Origin: a bacterium
Lineage (GTDB): Bacteria > Patescibacteriota > Minisyncoccia > UBA6257 > 2-01-FULL-56-20
Assembly: GCA_027310625.1 (NCBI GenBank)
Contig: DAIDAM010000003.1
Location: 2,239 to 66,238, forward strand
Length of the DNA: 64,000 bases
Direction of reading: 5' to 3'
Shown here: in pieces, positions 1 to 8,249 of the stretch
Numbering within the stretch: the first letter of the stretch is position 1
Layout: each line of letters opens with the position of its first letter
Translations under genes and position numbers: made by a program
Notes under the pieces: generated by a model
The model's input: the letters and a program-made list of their open reading frames with translations, nothing else
What the model was told of the DNA's origin: nothing
The model's database searches: none

Positions 1-46
1 TATTTGTAGATACTGATGGATATTAATAGATACTGACCCGCAAAAC

Positions 47-946
47 ATGCTCAATATCATTAACAACAAAAATATTTTTCTGACCATATCGCTGATTGTC
101 GTGGGTGCGGCGGTGGTTGCAATGACCGCTTTCGGATTCCGGCAGGGGATTGATTTCGCCGGCGGCACGCTTTGGCAATTTGTCATAACAAAGGACTCGC
201 CGTCAGCCGATAGTTTGGAAAACTTTTTTAAAATAAATCTGAATGGAGCAGATACAATCGTCACCTATGATTCTTCCAGCAGAACTTTCCTTGCGCGTCT
301 TCCGGAAATATCGGAAGAAAATCATCAGAAACTTCTCTCGGCTCTCAAAGAAAAATATCCTTCGCTCGAAGAATCGGGATTTCAGTCCATCGGGCCGTCA
401 ATCGGCAGCGAGCTTAGGAAAAAATCAATCACGGCGATGATAATCGTTCTCATCGGCATCTCGTTCTATGTCGCCTTCGCTTTCAGAAAAGTTTTCCAAC
501 CGGTGAGTTCGTGGACTTACGGGTTGATAACCCTCGTTACCCTCTTTCACGACGTCGCCGTGCCCGCCGGCCTGCTCGCTTTTCTCGGGCGATACGCAAA
601 CGTGGAAATAGACGGGAACTTCGTCGTTGCCCTTCTTGTCGTCATGGGCTTCTCGGTTCACGACACAATAGTCGTTTTTGACAGAATCAGGGAGAATCTT
701 TTGCTTGACCGCGGCAGGACGGCATTTACGGAAATTGTAAACCGGAGCGTAAATCAAACAATGGCGCGCTCAATCAACACTTCGCTCACTTTGATACTGG
801 TTTTGCTCGCGATTTACTTTGCGGGCCCGCCGACGCTCCAATATTTCATCCTTACGCTTCTCGTCGGGGTATCAACGGGGATATACTCGTCAATTTTTAT
901 CGCCAGCCCCCTTCTTGTGACATGGCACATGTGGAGAAAGCAATGA
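47..946 (+). CDS. secF: protein-export membrane protein SecF
   Basis: 299 aa. N-terminal TM, then the SecF signature 'GIDFAGGT', followed by a six-TM SecD/F-type C-terminal half ('VHDTIVVFDRIREN'). Confidence 0.85.
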   Translation: MLNIINNKNIFLTISLIVVGAAVVAMTAFGFRQGIDFAGGTLWQFVITKDSPSADSLENFFKINLNGADTIVTYDSSSRTFLARLPEISEENHQKLLSALKEKYPSLEESGFQSIGPSIGSELRKKSITAMIIVLIGISFYVAFAFRKVFQPVSSWTYGLITLVTLFHDVAVPAGLLAFLGRYANVEIDGNFVVALLVVMGFSVHDTIVVFDRIRENLLLDRGRTAFTEIVNRSVNQTMARSINTSLTLILVLLAIYFAGPPTLQYFILTLLVGVSTGIYSSIFIASPLLVTWHMWRKQ

Positions 947-964
947 TTTGACGCCTCACGCCAT

Positions 965-1030
965 AACGGCAATTGCGCCCGCCTACCGGCGGGCGCAGAT
1001 TCTCATGAAAGTTGCCGTTTGGTGTGGGGG
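965..1030. repeat. partial copy of an ~70-85 bp inverted-repeat (MITE-like) element; right arm TTGCCGTTTGGTGTGGGGG plus internal GC hairpin GCGCCCGCC-TACC-GGCGGGCGC
   Basis: Shares 'caattgcgc...gcgcagattc...aaagttgccgtttggtgtggggg' with the copies at 50421-50504 and 51084-51152. The left arm is truncated. Confidence 0.6.
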
Positions 1031-1072
1031 TTGACTACCATACCTCCTTGATTTACAATAATTCCCATCAAT

Positions 1073-2104
1073 ATGGCTACGGTAGACAAGGTTTTAAACT
1101 GGCTTTGGTCGCACTTGGACGAACGCCAGAGAAAAGTTATTGAAGGACGCTTCGGGGTGGGTGAAAACGACGAGTCCATGACGCTCGCCGAGCTCGGAGA
1201 GAAATACGGCATTACGAGGGAAAGAGTACGCCAAATAGAATCCGGCGCCCTTTCGATTTTGAGAGAAAAAGCAAAAGCGCACGATGATTTCTCCGAATTC
1301 GTCGAGAACGGGAAAAGGATTCTTAAAAATTCGGGCGGAGTGATTCTGAGAGAAAGATTTTTGGACGGGCACAGAAAAGTTTTCAGCGACATCGGCGGCA
1401 GCCACGTTGACCTCCTTGTGGAAATGCACGGCGGCTTCAATTTTCATCACGAAGACGACGAGTTTCATCCTTTTTACTTTTACGACAAGGAAAGCTTGAA
1501 TAACGCCCGCGGCTTCATAAATGATTGGGAAAAACTTTTGAAATCGGAGAGGGAAGAAATTCTCCTTTCGCCGAAGTATCATATCCACTTCAAAGCTTTC
1601 GTAAGGAAGTCGGGGGTCAATCCCAATCACGCGGAAAATTACGTTTTGATTTCGAAGAAATTTCACACGAACAGCTACGGCGACTCCGGACTCGCGGAAT
1701 GGCCGGAAATAAAACCGGTTACCGTCCGCGATTACATTTATCTCATTCTGAAAAAGGAAGAAAAGCCGATGCATTTCATTGACATAGCGGAACTGATAAA
1801 CGAGAAGAACGCTGCGAAACGAGCCGTCGGAGCCACCGTCCACAACGAACTCATAAAAGACAGGCGTTTCGTTCTTGTGGGGAGGGGAATTTACGGGCTC
1901 GCCGAAAACGGCTATCGTCCGGGAACGGCAAAAGAAGTGATACAAAGGATTTTGGATGAAAACGGGCCGATGCGAACGAGAGAAATAATCTCCGCGGTGC
2001 AAAAGGAAAGATTTTTCAAGCCCAACACGGTTTTGGTGAATCTTCAGAACAAAAAATACTTCTCGCGTCAGCCCGACGGAACTTATCTTATTCGCTCAAA
2101 ATAG
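1073..2104 (+). CDS. sigma-70 region-4-like HTH protein with C-terminal HARE-HTH-like winged helix domain
   Basis: N-terminus 'LTLAELGEKYGITRERVRQIESGALSILRE' is a textbook sigma-70 region 4 HTH. C-terminus 'VTVRDYIYLILKKEEKPMHFIDIAELI...RRFVLVGRGIYGLAENGY' resembles the HARE-HTH/RpoE-delta N-terminal domain. No regions 1-3 are present. Confidence 0.6.
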   Translation: MATVDKVLNWLWSHLDERQRKVIEGRFGVGENDESMTLAELGEKYGITRERVRQIESGALSILREKAKAHDDFSEFVENGKRILKNSGGVILRERFLDGHRKVFSDIGGSHVDLLVEMHGGFNFHHEDDEFHPFYFYDKESLNNARGFINDWEKLLKSEREEILLSPKYHIHFKAFVRKSGVNPNHAENYVLISKKFHTNSYGDSGLAEWPEIKPVTVRDYIYLILKKEEKPMHFIDIAELINEKNAAKRAVGATVHNELIKDRRFVLVGRGIYGLAENGYRPGTAKEVIQRILDENGPMRTREIISAVQKERFFKPNTVLVNLQNKKYFSRQPDGTYLIRSK

Positions 2105-2157
2105 GCCCTTTCTTGCGCGCCTTCAAAGAATGCGGGAGAATTAGGGGAATATAGCAC

Positions 2158-3555
2158 ATGCTTTCGGAATTCCTCGGAGTAATTTGGCAGATAATCTACA
2201 CAGGCGGCACGGGAGTTTTGAATTTCCTCGCGATAAGCTGGTGGCTTTGGACGTTTATAATACTTCTCGGGCTCACTTATTCGGCATGGTTCACGTGGAG
2301 AAAATTCATCTACAAGGAAAAAACCGATTTCATACTGCTGGAAATTAAAATCCCCCGCGAGCTGAAAGAAAATCCGAGGGCAATGGAGCAGGTTTTTACC
2401 GCGGTGCATTCTTTGCGAAACGTCTACAGCACATGGCTGGAGAAATGGTGGGACGGGGAAATAACGCGCTGGTATTCTTTTGAAATAGTAAGTTTCGGCG
2501 GCGAAACGCATTTTTACGTCCGCCTTTACAAAAAACAAAAGTCCCTGATGGAAGCGGCGTTTCTTTCTTATTATCCGGATATCGAGCTGGTGGAAGTTGA
2601 CGATTATATTGACCGTCTGCCGAAAAACGTATCGGAGATGTACGAGCAGGGATACGACATTTGGGGGAGCGAGATTGCGCTGACCAGAGAAGCGGCTTAT
2701 CCGATTAAAACGTACGTTGATTTCGAGTCGTCTCCCGACGAAGAAAAACAGTACGATACAATGTCGAGTTATCTTGAGTTTTTCTCAAGTTTAAAGAAGG
2801 AGGAGATAATAGCTTTTCAAATACTGGTGGCGCCAGCCGACCCCGACTGGTGGGAAAAATGGAAGGGACTTTTGGACAAACTCAACCAAAGAGCGGAAGA
2901 CAAACAAAAATCGGCAACCGCCACTTCCTTCCCGAGCGATTACGCAATCGGGCCGCTGCCGAGGTTTGAAATAGTGAAGCCGACAAAAGACGAGCTGAAA
3001 TTGCTGAAAACCGCTTTCAGAACTCCGGGGGAAACCGCCATCCTTGAAAAAGTCGCCAACAATTTGTCCAAGTTGGCTTTCGACACGACTATCCGCTTTA
3101 TCTATTTGGCGCCGAGGTCGATATATTACGATACCATACCGAGGCGAGGAGTGAAGGGAATTTTAGCCCACTTCGCCTCCCTCGACTTGAACTCCCTGGA
3201 TTACAAAATAAAAACCGACGTCGGTTCTGCGAGAGTGCTTCTCTTCAAGCCGCCGTACATCTTCCCAAAAAAAAGAGCGGAAAAAAGAAAAGCAAGAATT
3301 CTTTATAACTACATTCACAGAGAAATCCCGGAAGAAAATTTCGTCGGCGAAGTAATAACGTCGAGTTTATTCAGCTGGAGTTTTTCATCGAAGCGTTTTG
3401 AAATGAACACGGAGTGCCTGGCGACGATTTTCCATCCGCCGACGTACCTTTCGCTGACGGCGCCCCATATCGAGCGTGTAGAAAGCAAAAAGGGAGGGCC
3501 GCCCGCCGGACTGGCGATTTTCGGCGGCGAAGAAAACGTCGAAAAATTAAAATGA
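2158..3555 (+). CDS. hypothetical membrane-anchored protein (N-terminal 2 TM + ~400 aa soluble domain), upstream partner of ATPase copy 1
   Basis: 465 aa, no recognisable catalytic motif. Hydrophobic N-terminus 'FLAISWWLWTFIILLGLTYSAWF'. Same strand and close spacing with the ATPase at 4212. Confidence 0.5.
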   Translation: MLSEFLGVIWQIIYTGGTGVLNFLAISWWLWTFIILLGLTYSAWFTWRKFIYKEKTDFILLEIKIPRELKENPRAMEQVFTAVHSLRNVYSTWLEKWWDGEITRWYSFEIVSFGGETHFYVRLYKKQKSLMEAAFLSYYPDIELVEVDDYIDRLPKNVSEMYEQGYDIWGSEIALTREAAYPIKTYVDFESSPDEEKQYDTMSSYLEFFSSLKKEEIIAFQILVAPADPDWWEKWKGLLDKLNQRAEDKQKSATATSFPSDYAIGPLPRFEIVKPTKDELKLLKTAFRTPGETAILEKVANNLSKLAFDTTIRFIYLAPRSIYYDTIPRRGVKGILAHFASLDLNSLDYKIKTDVGSARVLLFKPPYIFPKKRAEKRKARILYNYIHREIPEENFVGEVITSSLFSWSFSSKRFEMNTECLATIFHPPTYLSLTAPHIERVESKKGGPPAGLAIFGGEENVEKLK

Positions 3556-3676
3556 CAGTATCTGCCAGTATCCATCAGTATCTACAAGTATCAACCAACA
3601 TCCACAAACATCTCGCCGATACCGATTGATACTCATCGATACTTATTGATGTTGTCTGAATTCGAAGAGTAAAAAC

Positions 3677-4174
3677 ATGGACCAACAAACAATCGTTTAT
3701 CTTTACGAACTTTTCAAAACGATTTTCACCGCCGCCAATGTTTTCTTGCTGGTATTTTTTGTTTTCTTGGTGATAAAGTCCGTAAAATACAGACCTAATT
3801 TCAAAATTGCAGAGGAAGAAAAAAAGGAGATAGTTTACACTCTGGGAAATGTTGTCATCCGCGAACGCTGGCAGTCCATCGTCAATAGGAGCAGAATAAA
3901 TTCTCCCGAAGCGATGAAACTCGCGGTGATTGACGCCGACAACCTTGTTGACGAACTTTTGAAAAGAATGGGTCTGGAAGGGGAGCACATGGCCGACCGC
4001 CTGGAAAATCTCACAACCGAGGACTTCAGAAGCCTCGATCGCATATGGGACGCCCATCGGCTGAGAAACAGATTGGTTCACGAATCGGGATTCGTTGTTT
4101 CACGCGAGGAAGCATGGAAAGCGATTGAGGATTACGCTTCGTTCCTTAAAGAAATAAGGGTGATTGAGGAATAA
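3677..4174 (+). CDS. small hypothetical protein with N-terminal TM helix (possible C-terminal Rx4H HEPN-like motif, weak)
   Basis: 165 aa. TM 'IFTAANVFLLVFFVFLVI'. C-terminal 'RLRNRLVHE' fits an R-x4-H pattern, which is speculative. Sits between the membrane protein and ATPase 1. Confidence 0.4.
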   Translation: MDQQTIVYLYELFKTIFTAANVFLLVFFVFLVIKSVKYRPNFKIAEEEKKEIVYTLGNVVIRERWQSIVNRSRINSPEAMKLAVIDADNLVDELLKRMGLEGEHMADRLENLTTEDFRSLDRIWDAHRLRNRLVHESGFVVSREEAWKAIEDYASFLKEIRVIEE

Positions 4175-4211
4175 CTAATAACTGATGACTGATAACTGAT
4201 GACTTAAATTT

Positions 4212-5651
4212 ATGCCAAAAGCCGGCAAAATTCAGATAATAAAATACGCCCCGCCTCCGCCGGAACTGCCAGTTTACGGAAGAGTGAAAACAAGGGACGT
4301 TTCTTTCGTCGGAAGGACAAACTACGTCGCCGCTCTTGAAGAAAAAAGATTTATTTTCGGGATAAAACGCATAGACCGCAGGCGCCACCTTTACATAATA
4401 GGAAAAACCGGCGTGGGCAAATCGAAGATGCTCGAACTGCTCATGCGGCAGGACATCGCCTACGGATACGGCGCGTGCTTCATCGACCCTCACGGCGACG
4501 TTATTGATTCGCTCCTGGATTTCGTTCCGGAAGAAAGAATGGACGACGTGGTTATCATCGACCCCTCGGACGCGAAACACCCGGTATCTTTCAATCCGCT
4601 CGCAAACGTAATAGCCGATTTCAAGCACCAGTTGGCGCAGGACCTGATTGAAGTGATGCAAAAACAGTTCGGAGCGAACTGGACTCCGCGACTGGAGCAC
4701 GTTTTTCGCTTCAGCGTTCTTGCGCTTCTCGATTATCCGCACGCGACCATGCGCGGAATGATTTCGCTTTTGACGGACAGGAATTACCGACAAAAAGTTA
4801 TCGAATACATAGAAGACGACATGGTGCGGCGTTTCTGGGCTATTGAGTTCGCCGATTGGAGCGAAAAGTTCGACACCGACGCCATCATTCCGCTTGTCAA
4901 CAAACTCGGGCAATTCCTTTCCAACCCGTTGCTCCGCAACATTTTCGGTCAAAAGGAAAACAAAATTGATTTGGACCGCTTCATGAAAGAGAAAAAAATA
5001 ATTTTCATCAATCTTTCCAAGGGACGGCTGGGAGAAGAAAACTCAAGCTTTTTCGGCTCTATGTTTCTGACAAAAATAAAGCAGGCAGGGATGGCGAGGG
5101 CAAGAATGAGGCCCGAAGAACGGGAGGACTTTTATTTGTACGTGGATGAGTTTCATAATGTCGTGACGGACACTTTTGAAAACCTTCTTACCGAATCGAG
5201 AAAATACGGCCTCTGCATAACCATCGCGCATCAGTACTTCGGCCAGCTGACGTCAAGGGTGCAATCGGCGGCGCTGGGAAACTCCGGAAACATAATTGTT
5301 TTCCGCGTCGGCGGTGAGGACGCGGTGAAACTCAAGCCGGAAATGTCGCCCGTATTTGATACGAAAGATATGATAAATCTCGGCACGCAGGAATTTTACA
5401 TAAAGGAAACGATAGACGGCGAAACCTATGACCCGTTTTCCGCAGAAACGCTGAAAGTAATGCCCGCGCCGCATCCGTCTTACCGGGAACGAATCATTGA
5501 GCAGTCGCGCGCGAAGTATTCCATCACCGCCGACGCGGCGAAAAAACTTATAAAAGAGGAGGAGTCGTCAATACTCCGGCATTCCCGCGAAAAAGCGATT
5601 ATAGAGGGTTCAACAAGCGCGGCGGAAAAAGAACCGGAACCATTAATTTAG
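4212..5651 (+). CDS. FtsK/HerA/TraD(VirD4)-superfamily P-loop ATPase (DUF87-like), copy 1
   Basis: 479 aa. Walker A 'IIGKTGVGKS', Walker B 'FYLYVDEFHN', Arg-finger/ATQ-type motif 'RKYGLCITIAHQYFGQL'. Paralogous to 11901-13652, aligning from 'RRHLYIIGKTG' to 'IAHQY'. Confidence 0.8.
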   Translation: MPKAGKIQIIKYAPPPPELPVYGRVKTRDVSFVGRTNYVAALEEKRFIFGIKRIDRRRHLYIIGKTGVGKSKMLELLMRQDIAYGYGACFIDPHGDVIDSLLDFVPEERMDDVVIIDPSDAKHPVSFNPLANVIADFKHQLAQDLIEVMQKQFGANWTPRLEHVFRFSVLALLDYPHATMRGMISLLTDRNYRQKVIEYIEDDMVRRFWAIEFADWSEKFDTDAIIPLVNKLGQFLSNPLLRNIFGQKENKIDLDRFMKEKKIIFINLSKGRLGEENSSFFGSMFLTKIKQAGMARARMRPEEREDFYLYVDEFHNVVTDTFENLLTESRKYGLCITIAHQYFGQLTSRVQSAALGNSGNIIVFRVGGEDAVKLKPEMSPVFDTKDMINLGTQEFYIKETIDGETYDPFSAETLKVMPAPHPSYRERIIEQSRAKYSITADAAKKLIKEEESSILRHSREKAIIEGSTSAAEKEPEPLI

Positions 5652-5698
5652 AATCCAGTATCTAGTATTTAGAATTTGGAACACAAGCAGAGTAGAGG

Positions 5699-6223
5699 TT
5701 ATAAATTCCTTCCTTTCAAAAAATCCCTTAAGGGGGTGGGCGATACGGCGAAGTGCGTCAGAAAACCGAAAATTCCTCCGAGAATTGATGATAAAAGAAT
5801 GTTATTGTATGTTCTTATGAAGAGATAGTGGAAAAGCGCGGAGAAAGCGAGGAATGTAAGAATTAAAACGAGAAGCCCCGAAATAATCGGTGGAGCGACT
5901 TTCTTGCCGCCGATAAAAAGAACGAAAACCACAAAAGCGCTGATGAGCGCGAGCGTCAAACTGAACCCCTGGTAAATATCGTTTCTCGGAAAACCGACTT
6001 TAAGGAAAACGCTCACCTGATAAACGAGAATTATGAGAAAAAGCATCACGCCCGCCCAATAGCCGGCGTTCATCGCCAAGCGGTGCTTTTTTTCCTCCGC
6101 CTTGTCAGCCATCGCTCTTATGAGCCAGATGCAAACCAAAAGAACGATGGGCACGGCGAGCCACACGATAAAATAAAAAACCAACTCCAAAGCGCTAGCC
6201 ATTTTTGCAACTTTATAATACAA
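5699..6223 (-). CDS. hypothetical integral membrane protein (5-6 TM)
   Basis: 174 aa, almost entirely hydrophobic helices. No motifs recognised. Confidence 0.5.
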   Translation of the reverse strand: MYYKVAKMASALELVFYFIVWLAVPIVLLVCIWLIRAMADKAEEKKHRLAMNAGYWAGVMLFLIILVYQVSVFLKVGFPRNDIYQGFSLTLALISAFVVFVLFIGGKKVAPPIISGLLVLILTFLAFSALFHYLFIRTYNNILLSSILGGIFGFLTHFAVSPTPLRDFLKGRNL

Positions 6224-6245
6224 TAAGGGATATTAAATTTCAACA

Positions 6246-7775
6246 ATGAAGATAGAACTCTCAAAAATCGTCAAACCTTCATCGGCTCCGGTGTTTTTGG
6301 TTGATGACGCAAGAAAAATAAAGGAGCACAAACTTTTTAAATTTCTCGGCGCGGAAGACAAAGATTACATCGTAAGGCTCTTTGAAGAAAACGGGGACGA
6401 AGAGTTTCTGCGTTTTATTGTCCTGCCGTCGGGCAAAAAGGCCTTAATCGGCTTTCTCAAAAACAAGAAAACTTCTTTGAGAAAAATGATAATCGCGATG
6501 CGCCGCGTAATTTCCCTTGCACACCGCGAAAAAATAAAAGAAATCGCAGTCAATCTCGGAGATTTTTTGACCGCCGGCTCAAAAAGCGAAGAAATTGCCG
6601 AACTTCTCGGAACGCAACTGGAACTGGCCAATTTTGAGTTTACCGGATATAAAACGGCGCCGAAAGAAGGATGGAATTTTGTCGAACGCGTTTTTGTAAT
6701 CGGTAAGGAAAGCTCACCCTCCAAAATTTCAAAAAGAAATTTAGGAGGGCAAGCCCTCAAAAAAGCGCTCGCCGACGGGAAAATAATCGGCGAAGAAATA
6801 AACAAAGCAAGAGCGCTATCGAATACGCCCGGCGGGGATATGACCCCACAACGACTTGCTGAGGCGGCAAGTCGTGAGGGGCGCAGCGCCGGCTTTCGCG
6901 TGAAGATTCTCAAAGAAGACCAAATCAAAAAACTCGGTATGGGCGGCGTGCTCGGGGTCGCCAAGGGCTCAGCAGAACGGCCGCGGTTCATTATTATGGA
7001 ATATTTCAAAGGAAAGAAAGGCGAAAAACCGGTCGTTCTCGTCGGCAAGGGCGTGACTTTCGACACGGGCGGGTTGAACCTTAAGCCCGACAATTATATC
7101 TACGAGATGCATATGGATATGTCCGGCGGCGCGGCGGTGATTCACGCCATCGCGGCGCTGGCGCGCTTGAAGGTAAAGAAAAATATCGTCGGCTTGGTTC
7201 CGGCGGTTGAAAATATGCCTTCCGGTTCGAGCTATCATCCGGGAGATTTGCTGAAAACGCTCGGCGGAAAAACAATCGAGGTTCTGAATACCGATGCCGA
7301 AGGGCGAGTGATTCTCGCGGACGCGCTTGAGTACGCAAAAAAATACAAGCCGCAACTCGTCATTGACGTCGCGACTTTGACGGGCGCGGCGATTGCGGCT
7401 TTGGGTCAGCGTGCGTCGGCGATTTTTTCTACCGACAAAAAAACAGAAAAAGAAATGATTGACGCCGGAGAAAAAACAGGGGATTACGTTTGGCCGCTGC
7501 CGCTTTGGGAAGAATACGAAGAGGAAATAAAAGGAACATTCGGCGATTTCGCGAATGTCGGCAAAACGCGCTACGGCGGCGCGATAACCGGCGCGGTGTT
7601 TCTCTGGCAATTCGTTAAAAACCAAGCTCCAAGTTCTAATCTCCAAGATTTTCCTTGGGTTCATCTCGACATCGCGCCGCGGATGACGACAATCGAAAGC
7701 GACTCGCTCGCCAAAGGCGCCGCCGGCGCGTCCATCGCGCTTTTAGTAAAGTTTTTACGAGAAGCAAATAGATAG
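6246..7775 (+). CDS. pepA: leucyl aminopeptidase (M17 family)
   Basis: M17 signature 'NTDAEGRVILADAL', 'VGKGVTFDTGG', 'DMSGGAAV'. Length 509 aa. Confidence 0.9.
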   Translation: MKIELSKIVKPSSAPVFLVDDARKIKEHKLFKFLGAEDKDYIVRLFEENGDEEFLRFIVLPSGKKALIGFLKNKKTSLRKMIIAMRRVISLAHREKIKEIAVNLGDFLTAGSKSEEIAELLGTQLELANFEFTGYKTAPKEGWNFVERVFVIGKESSPSKISKRNLGGQALKKALADGKIIGEEINKARALSNTPGGDMTPQRLAEAASREGRSAGFRVKILKEDQIKKLGMGGVLGVAKGSAERPRFIIMEYFKGKKGEKPVVLVGKGVTFDTGGLNLKPDNYIYEMHMDMSGGAAVIHAIAALARLKVKKNIVGLVPAVENMPSGSSYHPGDLLKTLGGKTIEVLNTDAEGRVILADALEYAKKYKPQLVIDVATLTGAAIAALGQRASAIFSTDKKTEKEMIDAGEKTGDYVWPLPLWEEYEEEIKGTFGDFANVGKTRYGGAITGAVFLWQFVKNQAPSSNLQDFPWVHLDIAPRMTTIESDSLAKGAAGASIALLVKFLREANR

Positions 7776-7815
7776 GATAGATTAGGATAATTTGTAAATT
7801 CTTATTTTGTCTATA

Positions 7816-7842
7816 CCCTCATTCGCGCGAATGGTAGAATAA
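7816..7842. promoter_or_regulatory. 27-bp operator/promoter motif CCCTCATTCGCGCGAATGGTAGAATAA (14-bp perfect palindrome CATTCGCGCGAATG fused to a TAGAAT -10-like box), copy 1, ~30 nt upstream of arsR-like gene
   Basis: The identical 27-mer occurs at 10078-10104. A 26-bp perfect-palindrome variant occurs at 8171-8196. All three sit immediately upstream of consecutive genes. Confidence 0.7.
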
Positions 7843-7872
7843 GAAAAGAGGTAAGGCAATCCAATGATATAA

Positions 7873-8148
7873 TTGCAATTGCAAACCATGAAAGAACTCG
7901 AACGAAATTTGAAAGCATTAGCCAATCGCAGGCGGCTGGCCATTTTGAAGTATCTCAAAGAAAATCGCGAAGCGTCGGTAGGCGATATTGCGGCAGAAAT
8001 AAATCTTTCGCTAAAAGCAACTTCAAAACATTTGGGAGTTCTCGCAGCGGCGGATATTGTGGAAAAAGACCAAAGAAGCTCGCAAGTATTTTATCGGCTT
8101 GCTTCTCCCGTAAAATCGGCGGCAAGGCATATTGTGTTACTTCTTTAA
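7873..8148 (+). CDS. ArsR/SmtB-family HTH transcriptional regulator
   Basis: 91 aa. 'NRRRLAILKYLKENREASVGDIAAEINLSLKATSKHLGVLAAADIV' is the classic ArsR wHTH. Confidence 0.85.
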   Translation: MQLQTMKELERNLKALANRRRLAILKYLKENREASVGDIAAEINLSLKATSKHLGVLAAADIVEKDQRSSQVFYRLASPVKSAARHIVLLL

Positions 8149-8170
8149 CTTTAGTGTTTTAACATCTTGA

Positions 8171-8196
8171 TTCCACCATTCGCGCGAATGGTGGAA
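8171..8196. promoter_or_regulatory. 26-bp perfect palindrome TTCCACCATTCGCGCGAATGGTGGAA (operator variant, copy 2) upstream of Zn-ribbon gene A
   Basis: The sequence equals its own reverse complement. It shares the CCATTCGCGCGAATGG core with the copies at 7816 and 10078. Confidence 0.7.
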
Positions 8197-8249
8197 TGTG
8201 GAAAACAAATGGAAAACAAAAAACTTTTGAAACAATCATCAAAAGTAAA

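Noticed and set aside
1094-2002. 302-aa minus-strand ORF antisense to the sigma-like gene. Similar long antisense ORFs occur at 6365-7093, 6969-7664, 12066-13085, 9315-10007, 55673-56488, 57543-58304 and 63118-63861.
   Set aside because: Each is embedded in the opposite strand of a gene with clear family motifs. They are low-complexity R/S/P-rich translations typical of antisense frames and have no motifs of their own.
3556-3660. Possible CRISPR array, suggested by repeated short words across many intergenic regions
   Set aside because: The repeats are 6-14 bp degenerate tandem words with no unique spacers of regular length. No cas genes are present. The lone PD-(D/E)xK protein is not Cas4-contextual.
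8196-8249. Extended N-terminus (MWKTNGKQKTFETIIKSK) of Zn-ribbon protein A given in the ORF track
   Set aside because: It would start inside the operator palindrome. Paralog B begins at the equivalent 'MN(N/S)ET..CQNCK' position, so the start was moved to 8250.
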